Translations under genes and position numbers: made by a program
Shown here: piece by piece, positions 12,534 through 24,933 of the stretch
Layout of the letters: each line of letters starts with the position of its first letter
How positions within the stretch are numbered: the stretch's first letter is position 1
Notes under the pieces: model-generated
Told to the model about the DNA's origin: nothing
What the model saw: only the letters and a program-made list of their open reading frames with translations
Database searches by the model: none
From: Moniliella sp. 'wahieum'
Lineage: Eukaryota
Direction of reading: 5' to 3'
Assembly (NCBI GenBank): GCA_003971905.1
Contig: RSEE01000021.1
Span: 186,001-250,000, forward strand
Length of the DNA: 64,000 bases

Positions 12534-13743
12534 ATTTAGGCGCCGGACAAACGCAGGGCAGCGCAGCGCCAGCCACGGCGCGTGCGAGCAAAGGCGACGC
12601 AGCGCTAATAATAAACCCGCTCCCGTCGCAGCCAGCGGCGCGGGGCAACACTGGCCCGCCGCGGCCTGCAGCCCAGCCGATCAGCCGGGTACTCAGTACT
12701 GCGTGAGGACGACTCAGTCCACGAGTCGGTCGGGCACTCGTCCTCAGGCCTCAGTGGGCACTCGGCACGCCCTCGCCCAGCACGCCGCCCCTCCTCCGTG
12801 CGGCAGCAGCCGCAGCCGCACGCCGCGCGCTCACGCAGTACTCATCGATGAGCCTCATCCACCCGCCACCCGCGCCCTCTCCCTCGCGTCCACGCCCGTA
12901 CATACACCGGCAGCGCTCAACGTGCCACGCTACCACGTCCCCCACCCATCCACCGGCCACCCGCAACGTCCCTCCCTGCCAACGCCCAGCGCCAGCCCCC
13001 ACCACCCACCGCCCAACCCGCTCCTCTCGCCTCGCCTCGCCCTTGCCTGCCTGCTCTCCTCCTCTCGGCCGCGGCTGGCCACAGGGGTGTGATGACATGA
13101 TGGCCAGTGCGCATGGCATCCTGGCGCCAGGGATGGAGCCAGCGTCCGAATTGCAGCGCCAAGCTCCACGCCCCCAGCTGCAGGACGCTCCGCGGGGGCT
13201 GGGTTGTTCATCATGCATCATGCATCATCAATCCGTTTCATCGATCGCATCAGGCCGCCGATTGCCCATGCTCCGTAGTCACCGATCGCATGTCACTAGT
13301 CACTGATCCGCATCATGCATCACGTCAATCACTTGGCAGAACCCAGAATCAGGAATCACCCACACCGACCGAGGCGCACCACTGACTGTACTGGCTGCAG
13401 GGGGCACGCGGCATGGTGCATGACCTGCACGACATGCATGACGCATGACGCATGACGCATGCGGGAGAATATCGGAATGCGCCGCCAGCACATGGCACAT
13501 GGTCTGCATGCGGCAGAAGTTCTGGACAGAACTTCCCCGAGCAGCTGGCGCTGCGCGTTTAGTACTGGGGGGCTGCGGCACATGGCGGCAAATCTTTCAA
13601 GTTGCAGGTGCCACGCTGGCAAATTATGCGTGGGCTGGCACACAACCCCAGACCGCTGCATTCGCATGTCTGTCCGCCATCACATGTCACATGCCGTGTC
13701 ACACCGCTGTGTCACACGTCACAGCCGCCACCCAACCCCCAGC

Positions 13744-13792
13744 AGGATTGGGATTGGGATGGGGATGGGGATGGGGATGGGGATGGGGATTG
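13744..13792 (+). repeat. G-rich hexamer microsatellite (GGGATG/GGGATT)n
   Basis: ggattgggattgggatggggatggggatggggatggggatggggattg. Confidence 0.9.
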
Positions 13793-14729
13793 CGATTGGC
13801 CGATGGTCCATCCAAGCAATATCAGACACGCATTGAGTACTGAACTCCCTCTGCAGTCCCCCCACGCGCCACGCTTCTCCCATGCGTCTCCCATCCGCCG
13901 CCACCGAAAGAAACAAGGCATTCCTGGTACGCGCTCCGCTCGCCTTCCTATCACCAGTCCCAACCATGGCCCCACTCTGTCACATGTCAATGTCACCGCC
14001 GTCTCTCCAGATCCGCCAGGCGCCAGGCCTCTCCCTGCCCCTCCCCTCCGGCCTCGTGTGTCTTCCCCAAGTCTGATCCACCGCCAGCGTCATGCTCACT
14101 GGTCACCGGTCACCGGGGTCACCTAACCGCCGGTCCCGGTCACCGGTCACCACGGCATGCCCAGCTGCAGAACATATAGCCCATCCAATTTATCCGAGAC
14201 TCCCCATTGCGTTGCGTACTTTTTGTTCCCGCGGTGGATACGGAATGCTTCATGCGCTGAGCCACCACAGGCCACTGTGCGGAAAGCCATGCTCAGCTCA
14301 GCCTCAGGTCTCCTCAGTACCTCAGTACTGAGACTCAGTACTCAGTACGGCCTCAGTGCCAACAGAAAGCCATGGTCCCGCCCGGGTCCAACGCCACCCG
14401 TCTCTTCCCCCCCCAAAAACCAGCCATTCAAATCGACCCCCCAAACCACCCCTCGCCCCCCGATTTGCAGCGCCAGATGGTCAGCCTGGCATGTCTTGGC
14501 AGTGGCAGGCCCAGCGCCTACGCGACGCTCTGCCTGCAGCGCCGCCCCAGGTCAACCATGCAGCCAGCCAGCCGAATATTGTTCCGACAGACACCGGAAA
14601 AATAAAAATAAAACACCAGATCGATGCAATGCTTTTTTTTGTGTTCACTACGTTCACATGCGGCCCCCGCGCCACCACGACGGAAATATAATCTCTGCTG
14701 CACGCACCTTTGCACCCCCACGCTGAGGA

Positions 14730-14752
14730 ACCGGTAACCGGTAACCGGTAAC
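14730..14752. repeat. Palindromic heptamer array (ACCGGT-A)x3
   Basis: accggtaaccggtaaccggtaac. Confidence 0.9.
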
Positions 14753-15328
14753 GTGCGGATAACGTGTTGGCGTGGTTATAGGCGGTAGCATGGTTAACAG
14801 GAAGCTTGAAACGCTGCAGGTTATGCATGCTACACCATAGGCTACCTACACTCGTCTATAGTGCCCCGGCGCCGGTTTCTCTCTCCCCCGTGGCAGACCC
14901 CTGCTGCTCGAACAACTCCAGACCCACAGCCCGCACCCTAAGCACCGATTGCGTTCACATATTTGCCACCTGTGCCCTCCCCTTCTCCCCCAGCTCCATG
15001 CTGAGGCGGCGTCTCGGCCTGAGGCAGCCTGAGCGCTGCGCCTCAGCCCTGAGGCTCAGGAGCGCGCGTAGCCGAGACGCATACCCCCTGCCGACTACAA
15101 CGCCTGTCTCGTGGGAGAGTACGGGTTAGATCGAAGAGATGTCAAAAGTAGCCGTTGAACGTTGAACATACATACAGCTCATCGAACAAGCCTCAGGAAG
15201 AAAGCGCTAAATTTTTACCCCAGCAGATGCAAACGTTTCGAGTATACGTTTTTCACCTCGGCGCCGCGCCGCCGCCTGCTCCGGGGCACTCCAGGCAGAG
15301 GCCGGCGGGATCGAAATCTATTAGATTG

Positions 15329-15375
15329 TCAAGCTTCAAGCTTCAAGCTTCAAGCTTCAAGCCCCAAGCTTCAAG
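15329..15375. repeat. Palindromic heptamer array (AAGCTT-C)x4 plus degenerate units
   Basis: tcaagcttcaagcttcaagcttcaagcttcaagccccaagcttcaag. Confidence 0.95.
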
Positions 15376-17639
15376 TCGTAGTGGAGCTAGGGGTAGCACG
15401 ACGGATATAGCAGAGGGCTGGGGATCGAGGATACACGTGAAATTCCGAACCAACGTGGTTTCCGCCGGTAACGCTTTTTAACGTGTACCGATCACCGGGC
15501 ACGTGGTCCGTCCAGGGTCCCTCAATCTCCGCGCCCCTGTATGGCCGTGGGTGGGGTAAAAGATGGCCACAAAGCTCATGTCTAGGTCCGCGGGCGATGC
15601 ATGATGATGGATGAGGCCTGGGGCGTTGGAAGAGACCGGCGTGAGGCCGGAGAGGAAGGAGCAAGTGCAAGTGCACTCAGGGCGTAGAGCAAAGACAGGA
15701 CCGCCGTGGGCTGGACGACTCCGTGGGCCTTACAACCGTAGTCTAGACTTTCGCGAAGGAGCCACCAGGCACCGTGGTCCACACAGCAAGGGCAGCCTCA
15801 GTCCCCCTTTTGCATATTTTTGCTCGAGAGCCAGAGTCGGAATCCGTGGCTCTGTGCGGGAAAGGGATAGAGAACGGTACAACATCAGTCTTGGAAGGCA
15901 AAGCAAAGGTTCGCTGGTGGGGCCAGAAGGCCATAGGTGATCTGTTGAACACCACACTGACATCTTGCGGGCGCGCCTCCGCATCCCCTCGAGCTGTATG
16001 AGGGGAAAAGGGGGGAAATGGCGGTTTCGCCGGGGTGAGTGGAGAGGCCGTTTCTCTCTTTCATTAACGCCCCCTTCCCCGTGTTCGATTACTAGGTTCC
16101 ATTCCTGGAGCCCCGGAGGATAGCATGCTGCATCCAATGGAACATTCACACATTCGCGGTCGCATCGTTTTTGTCCCATTCAAAAATCTTGCCGGTGCCC
16201 AAGGCGAAGACTGAAGACCACATGATCCCGAGCAAGTATTGCGCCCACCATCTAAACCGAATAACAAGAGGCCTATTTCTCTCGAATGATATCAGCATAC
16301 CACACCGCATCAAGCCAACGTGTTTCTCGCGGTTCGCAGGTGGCCGTCGCGTCTGACCCTGACCCATGGCGTTTGGTCGTAATACGCGCGATCCAGCCTC
16401 TGTGCCAGCGGAGTCTGTCTTCCACATGTGTGGACTGTGGATAGTGAGGAGGTGGCACAGCGTATGTGGGTGTGGCCTTGTGGGCGATGGCGTTCAAGAA
16501 AGTGGTAGTGAATAGTATAAGAGGCATATAGGAATGACACCATGCAGAAAGGCGGTGCGCATGTGTATGCTTCGTCATCATCGGATTGTGTTGGCCGTAA
16601 GGGTTGGAGAAGGGAGGGGGGGGGCACAGGTTGGACAAGAGAAGAGGATTGCAATGAATCCGCATCCAATCGTGTGCGGAGGCTGGCTTCCTTCTGGCTC
16701 TGGCATTTCCTCCTTTTCTTCGTTCGTCCTTCTTGTAGCGCATCAAGAGCGTATGCGTTCCAAAGGCCCATTCGCTTCATTATGGTAGGACCGCGATATA
16801 GTTTCTTTTGTTTGTATGGCGCCCCATGCTGCATTTACTAGTTGGGAGGGGCTACTTCCAAGTGTTCCGACGTCCTGCAAGTCCGGCCACCAAAGGCAGA
16901 CTTCAGACGACCACATGTTTACCCTGGACAGGCCTCCCGCACACCATGGACGACGGAGAAGTTTGTGTAACCACAAAGGAAGCGCGGCTAGTTCATCTAG
17001 GGCGCGGTGAATCGGCCGTGTGCGGGCTAAGATCGCTATGGGCCACGGAGCGACTAGCAACTCCACCTCACGTAGCACAGAGGGATGGGGGGGGGAAAAC
17101 GGGCTGACGGGCGAGCATGTGCAACCAGCTTTTCATTGGTACTGCCCCCCCTCCTTTGACAAGGGGGAAATGGCCGTGAGCAACGAAATGGCTGTGCGTC
17201 AACATACTGGAAACTTGTGATCCGAGATGGTGATGATGATGCCTTGCTAGGATCCATCGGCAACCCAAGCTTTATGTCGTGCTCATTTCTTTAGTATGCG
17301 TATGGGCGAAAGACAAGTGAACACATATGCCAATGAGAGGTCTGAAGGGATTGGCCTTTGTTTCATGAAGCAGGGTGGATGGATGATCGATGAGTACATG
17401 CGTTGGGAAAAGAACTTATCTGTGGTCCCTGATGGGCCCAGAAGGGCAACTGAGAAACGTAATGAGCAGAGGGTCAGCCGCGAGTTGGATTGTGCGCAGC
17501 ACCGACGAGATGGTAGTGGCTGAGCAGAGGCCAGTTGGAAACAATAGAGGTATGGGCATAAAAGAGCGAGGCAGTGGTGCAGGTAGAGTGTGCAAGAAGG
17601 GAAGGGGACACCGTGAATTGGACTGAAGCGATGACGAAT

Positions 17640-17820
17640 CAACCCATGAATGACAACTGAAGTCCAGTACAACATCGGAACCACTTGGCCTGACATGTCG
17701 AGCGGACCGAATGGTTGATGGGATGGGGTCCATAAGACACCTCCAGGATGGTGAAATGTCTTCCCTGGCCTGTGTGCAGATGCGCCATATCTGGCTCGAT
17801 AATGTCATGGCAGTCAATGA
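17640..17820 (-). pseudogene. Possible fragment of a PD-(D/E)xK (Uma2-like) nuclease-fold gene
   Basis: Manual minus-strand translation IIEPDMAHLHTGQGRHFTILEVSYGPHPINHSVRSTCQAKWFRC has the EPD..LEV.Y..A.W spacing; it is flanked by stops. Confidence 0.3.
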
Positions 17821-17989
17821 AACGCTAGTTGTCGAGCCCCGCTAACACCACTTGTCTTAAGGCTTAAGTGTCGCTTGGGGAGGGGGGACACTCTTTCATT
17901 GAGCTGTTGCCAGTGTTTATGCCCAAGGGCATGCATGACATGAGCTGAATGAGCCTCTCAATCGTTGGATTGGAAGCATGGTACCTGCT

Positions 17990-18860
17990 TGACTCCCTCA
18001 TTCGTCATGGCTGCGAGCCCTTTCCAACCCAATCAAGAGGTCACAGGGGTCACCCGTACCTCAGACTGTGCATCTGGCTTCCGCCATAGATCCCTTTCAA
18101 ACCCGCAACTGACCGTGGTAGGCATGAGACCATTGCAGGGAACCAGTTCCAATGAGACTCGCGGTATCCAGTGCGCAAACACATTCTTGCCAATTTTGGC
18201 GGCATAGTACCTGCGCATATCTCATCATGACCACTGGAGGGAAGAACGGCTTTGGAGTGAGTTCCTGGTACTTGGCGTTCTGGCGTTCCCCTTGCTCCAG
18301 CAGCCGATACATGCAACCCTTTCTTCTGCGCTGCTGTCTCCGCGTGTACCACCTTCATCGGACACGCAGTCTGGACTCCTTTGTACCCGAGAGTCCCTCA
18401 GGATATGTGATTCACCGCCATCCCTGATCCTCCAAATGCTCTTTTGGCCGCAACACTTGGTAATCCGTACATTGGGCCTACCTCCCCCAGCACCTTTCCT
18501 CTTCTTCCTTCACAGTCTCATTGAGAACAAGGGACGTCCCGGTGGAGCCCAGAGACTATATAAGCTTGGGGAACAGCTTCCACACAATCTCATGCAACGC
18601 GCTCAACTTTGGGTGCACATGCGGGCCAAGAGGTGCTCTAGACACGACATCCGTCCACCCTTGCACTTTTCCTGGGTGAGCAAGGACACAGGGCACGAAG
18701 TTGGAGACAAATCTGGGCCTACTTGTTGGTCAGCTCGAAGCTCATGGCTGCGGGTATGGAGGTCAGCCAGGTGCCGCAGAGCGCACGCGCTGTGCTCAAC
18801 CACGCATTGTAGCCATCGACCTCTCGTTGACGTGTCTTGAGTAGCTCTGGTCAAACGCTC
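17990..18860 (-). mobile_element. Decayed 3' portion of RLE-type non-LTR retrotransposon (CRE/Cnl1/MoTeR-like), copy A
   Basis: Across frames: GTWLTSIPA..ICLQLRALCP, Cys/His knuckle remnants, LHEIVWK (RH..V motif), RLLEQGERQNAKYQELTPKPFFP (K..KY..F.P of RLE) and YYAAKIGKNVFAHW. Multiple stops and frameshifts. Confidence 0.65.
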
Positions 18861-21166
18861 CTCCCACCTCTTTTTCCTACAGTGCTGGCACAACCCATCG
18901 GAAAATGTTCGTCTCCGTCGTCGGCCCTCTTCAGACAGGGAGCTTGGCGACATGAATATTGAATGTCAAACCCAAAGTGAGGTAGTGGCGTCCCTTCTCG
19001 GTGACATGCGACATGGAATGCAAGCTTGGCAGAAGGTGGCGGACTGGGGGCCGCGATGGTGTGGGGGCGGGCGGATGGAGCTTCTACAACCTTTCATTGG
19101 GACTTAGTACTTACGCCAGAATGCATTGCTCTGATGCAGGGGAAGCACATTTGTCAGTAACCTGGAAGCTTCAACCTCTTGGTGCAGCCCATCGAGGGCG
19201 ATGGTCGATGGTGGGCGATGGTGGCATGGGCGGTGCCGGTGATGCCGATGATGACGATGACATCAATAGCAGGTGTTGGCTAGACCGCGAGAAGACGGCC
19301 AGGGGCCGGAGGAAGCCGTCGCCCACTGAATGGCTAATGGCGGGCGACGGGGATCGTGCGGACACGGGGATGACCTACTGGCACACCGGTCAGATGCGGG
19401 GCATCGGACGAGCGGGGGGGCAACCGGTTGGCGCGATGCCCGCGCTGAGCGCCGAGGCGCTGAGGGGGCAGGGCAGCTGCCAAGCCTGCATGTCCAGATA
19501 CTGGCCTGGTGCGGGTATGACTGTCTCACAAAGATCTCAGACGGGGCCAGCGCGATGTCGACAGCGCAGTTCGTGAAACCGGCAGAAGGCACCGCGAAAT
19601 TTACAGCGCAGCACCAAGTATGGCGCTGAGCCGCTGCGGCAGTGCCTGAGCGCCCAGGCTGAGCTCGGGCGGCCAAGCGCCCAAGCAGGCGTAAAGTCCA
19701 GCGCCCTCCGCCCGCGTATATCCGCAACGCAAGGCACGGCTGGGCGATGCACAGTGGCGCCGTGCCCCGCATGAGCGCACGGCGGCTGTATTGGTTCTGC
19801 GACAGCTGGCCACACGAACGTCGAACCCTTGTGACAAATACGTAAGGACGCCCCCCGGCACTACGGAGCAACCTCCTCACACACACACCATGTGCCAGCT
19901 GTGCGAGCTGCTTGCAGGCTCTCAGCGTCCTAGGGCCTTCCTTGCCTGCCCATCGACCATCCCCTGCGGCACCCGTGCTATTTGCGCGTGCGCGTGACAG
20001 CTGCTGTGCTGGCTTCCCGGCCCAGCGCCCAGCTCCCAGCACCCCGTTCGCCAGCTTCAATGCTGTACGAAAGCTTGCCAGGTGGACGGTTGGTTGGTCG
20101 GCCTGACCTGCTTCTGGGAGGAGGGAGGAAGTACGTGTACGCCGCCCCTCGAGCCAACACCGCCCTCGCCTGTCTATCTATTATCGACGAACGATAATGG
20201 ATAATCGATCATCGATAATCGAGATAATCGACTATCAGTCCAAGCTATCCAAACCTGACGGGCGGCTTGGTGGGCAGGCAGTTGGCACTGCACTCCTGAG
20301 GCTCAGCGGCTGAGCGCAGCGACCTGCCTGGGCGTGGTGGCGATAGTCGATAGCCGCCAAACCAACCGATATCACCAATCCGGACCAACGTTCGCACGGG
20401 GCTACTGACGGGAAAACGGAGAAGGACGCGGGGTAGGTGGCCGCCGCCCTGCCCCTTCTAGCGCGGCAAGCACCCTGCCTGCTCCGCCGCGTGCGATTGA
20501 GGGGGCGGGCAATCGACCCGTGCCTTGGGCACCGAGCTTGTGTGCGTCGGCGTGGTCGTGGTGCGCCCCCTGGTGCTGCGTCGTCGTCGCGACACGGCGT
20601 GTGTGCCTGCATCTGGGCGCCACGCGTCACACACCCACTCATCGTCGTGCATGCGTCATGCGTCACGCGTCACGGGTGGGCGCTGCTTGGAGGCGGCCTG
20701 GGGCAGCCGGCAGCGCAAAAAGCGCTCTGCGTTCGACAGGAACGGCAGGCAGCCCCAACGCGCCGCCCCCCGCCTGCGCTCGGCAGGCACAGCGGGCGCC
20801 CCTCTGATTTCAGATCTCAGATCTCAGATTGCACGTCTCAGGCTGGGCGCCTGACCTGGGCGCACCACACGCCCCCCACCGCACAAGCCCCGAGGCATGT
20901 ATGGGACAGCGGCGCGGTGCGGCGGAAGAAAAATCCAAGAGGGGCGGAACTGTGCGAAGCGTGGGTTTCGCGCGGCCACACTGCTGCCGTGCCTGCGCTG
21001 GCGCGTGTGGGCGCTGCTCCTCCCCAGTGTGGCTTTGGCTCCTCGGCGCCATATAGCCCGGCTGGGCCTCTGCAGGTGCTCGGTCGCAGCTGTCACCGCC
21101 ACCGCACCACTCTTCCTCCCTCGCCTCCATCGGACCAGAGCGGGCGCTCCTCAGCTCTTCTTCACC

Positions 21167-22996
21167 ATGTCCGACTTTGTTGCGCCTGTGCATGCGCCCC
21201 CCCTCGGCGACGACAAGAGCATGGCCAAGTTCCCCAGCAACGCCGATCTGCCCACCACGCACGTCGTCGCCGCTGGCGAGGACCAGCGTCACTTGTCGGA
21301 CGACGACGAGCTGGCCGAGCGCATGGGCCATCACAGCGAATTTGCTCGTGAGTTCAAGAGCATGAGCACCATCTCCTTTGCCTTTTCCATCATGTGCGTA
21401 TTCACCACCGCTCTTCCCTCCTACCCTCTCTGTCCTTGGGCGCGTTGGGCGCCCCCCCGTCCCCGAGCCCATCAAACTGACTGTTATCGCAGGGGTCTCG
21501 TTTCCTCTGTCGCCACCACGTTCAACTCGCCATACCAATCAGGTGGCCCCACTGCCGTCGTTTGGGCCTGGTTCATGGGCTCCTGCTTCAACCTCACCCT
21601 CGGTTCGGCCATTGCTGAGCTCGTCTCGGCCTATCCTTCGGCTGGTGGCCTGTACTCTGCTGCTGGTCTGGTGGTTCCCCGCCGCTGGGCGCCGTTGGTT
21701 GCTGGGTTACTGGCTGGCTCAACTTTACTGGCCAGATTGCCGGCATTGCCGGCACGGCTTGGGGGTTGTCTTCGATGCTCTGGGCGTACGCGTATGTGGC
21801 CAATGGATATATTCCCGCGCCCAACAGCTACGGTTCCAACACGGGCGCCTATGTGGGCCTGTACATTGCCATCATGGTCATTCACGGTGCGATCTGCTGC
21901 TTCCCCAACAAGTGGCTGGCCCGCTTCACCTCAAGCTATGTGTTTATCAACTTGGGTGCGACTGTTGTCACGTCCATCGTGTGCCTCGCTCGTACGCCCC
22001 GGACCAGATGTGAGCTCGCACGATGCCGTGGGCAACCTCCAAGACCTGACTGGCTGGGGCTCCAAGGCCATGGGCCTCTTTGTCGGCTTGCAATCGGTCC
22101 AGTTTGTCATGACGGACTATGACGCGAGTGCGCACATGTCTGAGGACATTGCGCGTGCCTCGTTTGCTGCTCCAGTGGCCATCTTTGTTGCTGTAGTGGC
22201 ACCGGGTTGTTTGGCCTCTTCCTCAACATTGCCCTCGTCTACTCTTCTGGTGGAATGGACTTGAGTGATGTGACCACTATGCCCGGAGAGCTGATCTTTG
22301 CTCAGATTCTGCGCGTGCGTGCTACCAAAGTGGGCTTCCTCATTATCTGGCCCTTCATTATGGCCACGGCCTGGTTTGTCATTCAAACCGCGCTCCAGGC
22401 CAATGCTCGCTCCTTCTATGCCTTCTCGCGCGATGGTGGCTTGCCCGACCGCAAGTTCTTTGCCAAGGTTAGCAAGAAGACCAAGCAGACGGTCAATGCC
22501 GTCTGGCTCGTCGTCTTCCTTTGCATCATTCTCATTTTCCTTGCGTTTGCCTCGCGGGTCGCCGTCGGCCATCTTTTCCCTGTCGGCTGTGGGTATGGAC
22601 ACGTCCTACCTCATCCCCATTGTCTGCCGCCAAATTTTCCAAAACCACCCCGACGTGCAATTCAAGCCGGGTCCCTTTTACCGGCCAAGGCCTGCTGTCG
22701 CGCGTGGTGAACGGCATTGCTATTGTTTGGACGTCGTTTGAGGTGACGGTGCTGTGCTTCCCGGTGATTCGGGACTATGACGCGTCGACGTTCAATTACT
22801 CGTGGGTCGTTGCGCTGGGAATTTTGTTGTGCTGGCAATGATTTGGTACGCGGCGTATGCGTGGCGCACGTACCACGGCCCCGTCTCGTCGCTGCACAAG
22901 TCCCAGCTCGACAAGCTGGGCGTGGTGGACCGCGACAATGACCCCAGTGCCGAGTCGGACAGCCGGCCCGACACGCAGTCGGAAAAGGACCTTTGA
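21167..22996 (+). CDS. Amino acid/GABA/choline permease, APC superfamily ACT family (UGA4/TPO5/HNM1-like)
   Basis: LAERMGHHSEFAREFKSMSTISFAFSIM|GLVSSVATTF (intron 21394..21492), SGGPTAVVWAW, IAELVSAYPSAGGLY, TDYDASAHMSED, YAFSRDGGLP, FKPGPFY, FNYSWV and WRTYHGP. Several frameshifts. Confidence 0.9.
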
Positions 22997-23974
22997 AGAG
23001 CGCACCCCCCCCATCTTTTTGGGTTTGCTGGATACCTGTTTTTGCTTTTTGCTGGGCTTCACCCTGTCTATATATCGCACCAGGCCGTCGGCTTGGCATT
23101 GCTTCTGTCGGCGTTGTGGCCTCGCACCAACTACTTCACCTTCCACATCTTGTACGACTAGAAAAACACAAATTGATGATCGATCAATCGCTTTAATGTT
23201 CCTCCGGCTCTCCTCTCGATGCACGTCGTGTGGTATAGAAAAAACAACCCACTACTAGTAGGATGGGACACGAACCAGATGGTTTTCAGCCCTGGTTCGG
23301 GGTAACCGGTAATTGGGATGGGTTGACTTGCCGCTCGGTTCTGGGGGTTCTTCTTGCATTTGGGAAAGATCATCGCCAATTGGGGCGTACTATATTTATG
23401 TGGAGCACACAGGGAGGAAGTTTCATCCTTCCAATGCACCTTTTCGGGGGTGCTGCATCGGAGAGGGGCAAGCCTGGCTTGTGTGCATGTCAGGTAGCGC
23501 GGATAGACGAGCGGGCGAGTTGGTGATTCGTGAGCCAAGATGAGGGCGAGTGTGCCCAGGGGGCGGAAGGACTTGCCCTGAAAGACACCACGTTGGACCA
23601 GAGCCTCCCTTCTCTCGCTGCAGACCTGGGTGACAGCCAGAGCGCTCGGGCTATGGCGGCCGGTGGATTGGAGGGGGAGCGTCCCTCAGCGGCGCAGCGC
23701 GCACGGCGTCCGACATGGCTACGAAACAGGCGGCACAGGGTGCGGTGGGCTCAGTCAACTTGAACGTTCAATGTTCAATGCGCCCTGGGACAATCGGCCA
23801 CCTGTCACGTGCCCCACTCACACGCCTCGTCCGCCCCCGCCGGCTGGTCCCGGCCCGGCCCGTGCACATCCGGCTGCGCCGTTGAAAAGATGCCCGCTTC
23901 CGGCCGGCCGGAGGCGACCCCACCAGGCGACCCCGCCGTCCTCGCTGCCGCCACCGACCTCGCTATTGCCCCCC

Positions 23975-24933
23975 ATGTCCGCCACCCCGGACGTCCCAGA
24001 CACCTCCGCTCTCGTCCATCCGCCCCGCGCACCGCCACCGACAATGTGCTCGGCTGCTTCCACCGCCTCCCGCCCCTGCCTGCCCTCGACCACCTCCTCC
24101 GCTTTCTTTCCACTTGGGGCGGCACCGACAAGGCGCTGATGCTGACCCAGTATGGACTCAAGATTGTCATTGCTCTCTTGCGTCTGTCTGCCCTTGTGCG
24201 CTTGCGCGCGTCGGCCAAGAGCGCGCCTTCCCTCGACTCGGCCTCCATCGCGCTCGTCCCGCCACTATCTAAGCTGAGCGCGCTCTGCTCCGACGCTCGT
24301 GTGCTCTACCGCATTTGGACCACCCTGGGCATTGTCCAGTGGATGGTATCCATGGAGCGCACGCCGCCGCTAACAAGACCTTGCTCAATATTGAGCGTCT
24401 TCAAGGCTGGAGCATGCTCATTTATGGACCCCTCGAGGCAGCCGCCTACCTTGCTGGGCACGGGATCCTGCCCATCTCGGTGCCAGCTCAGAACAAGCTG
24501 TGGCTCCACTCTTGCCGGCTGTGGGCTGCCTACACGGTCCTTCAGCTCGCCCACATTGCTGAGGACAGCCGCTTGCTCCGTGCCGATGCCCGAGCATTGG
24601 CCAAGAGCGCTCGTGCCCCCCCGCCCGCGCTTTCCACTGCCTCTGCCTCGGCTGTAGCCGAAAAGGAGCCATCGTCGGCATCCAAGTTGCAAGAGGCCAA
24701 AAAGGCGTTGGCCCAGCGCAAGGATGCTTTGGTCACCGACTTGTTTGTCCAACTAGGTTACCTTCCCTGACTGCTCACTGGTACGTTGTTCCTCCCGCAC
24801 GGCCATAGGGCCGCACGCTAACTTTGGCTCTAGGTCCCTCGAGGCTGGCTTCCTGCCGGACGTTTTGGTGGGTGTGTTTGGGGTTATTGCCTGCGCTGCT
24901 GGTATTCGGCGTACATGGGCAGCAACTGCGTGA
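23975..24933 (+). CDS. PEX11: Peroxisomal biogenesis factor PEX11-family protein (Pex11C-like)
   Basis: LDHLLRFLSTWGGTDKALMLTQY, LCSDARVLYRIW, IERLQGWSMLIYGPLE, LWLHSCRLWAAY and QLGYLP-LTAHW|SLEAGFLPDVLVGVFG (intron 24781..24833). Confidence 0.8.

Noticed and set aside
15329..15375. HindIII/SpeI/BglII-like site arrays as cloning-linker contamination
   Set aside because: Many different cores occur, they are degenerate and embedded throughout intergenic DNA, and no vector sequence is present.
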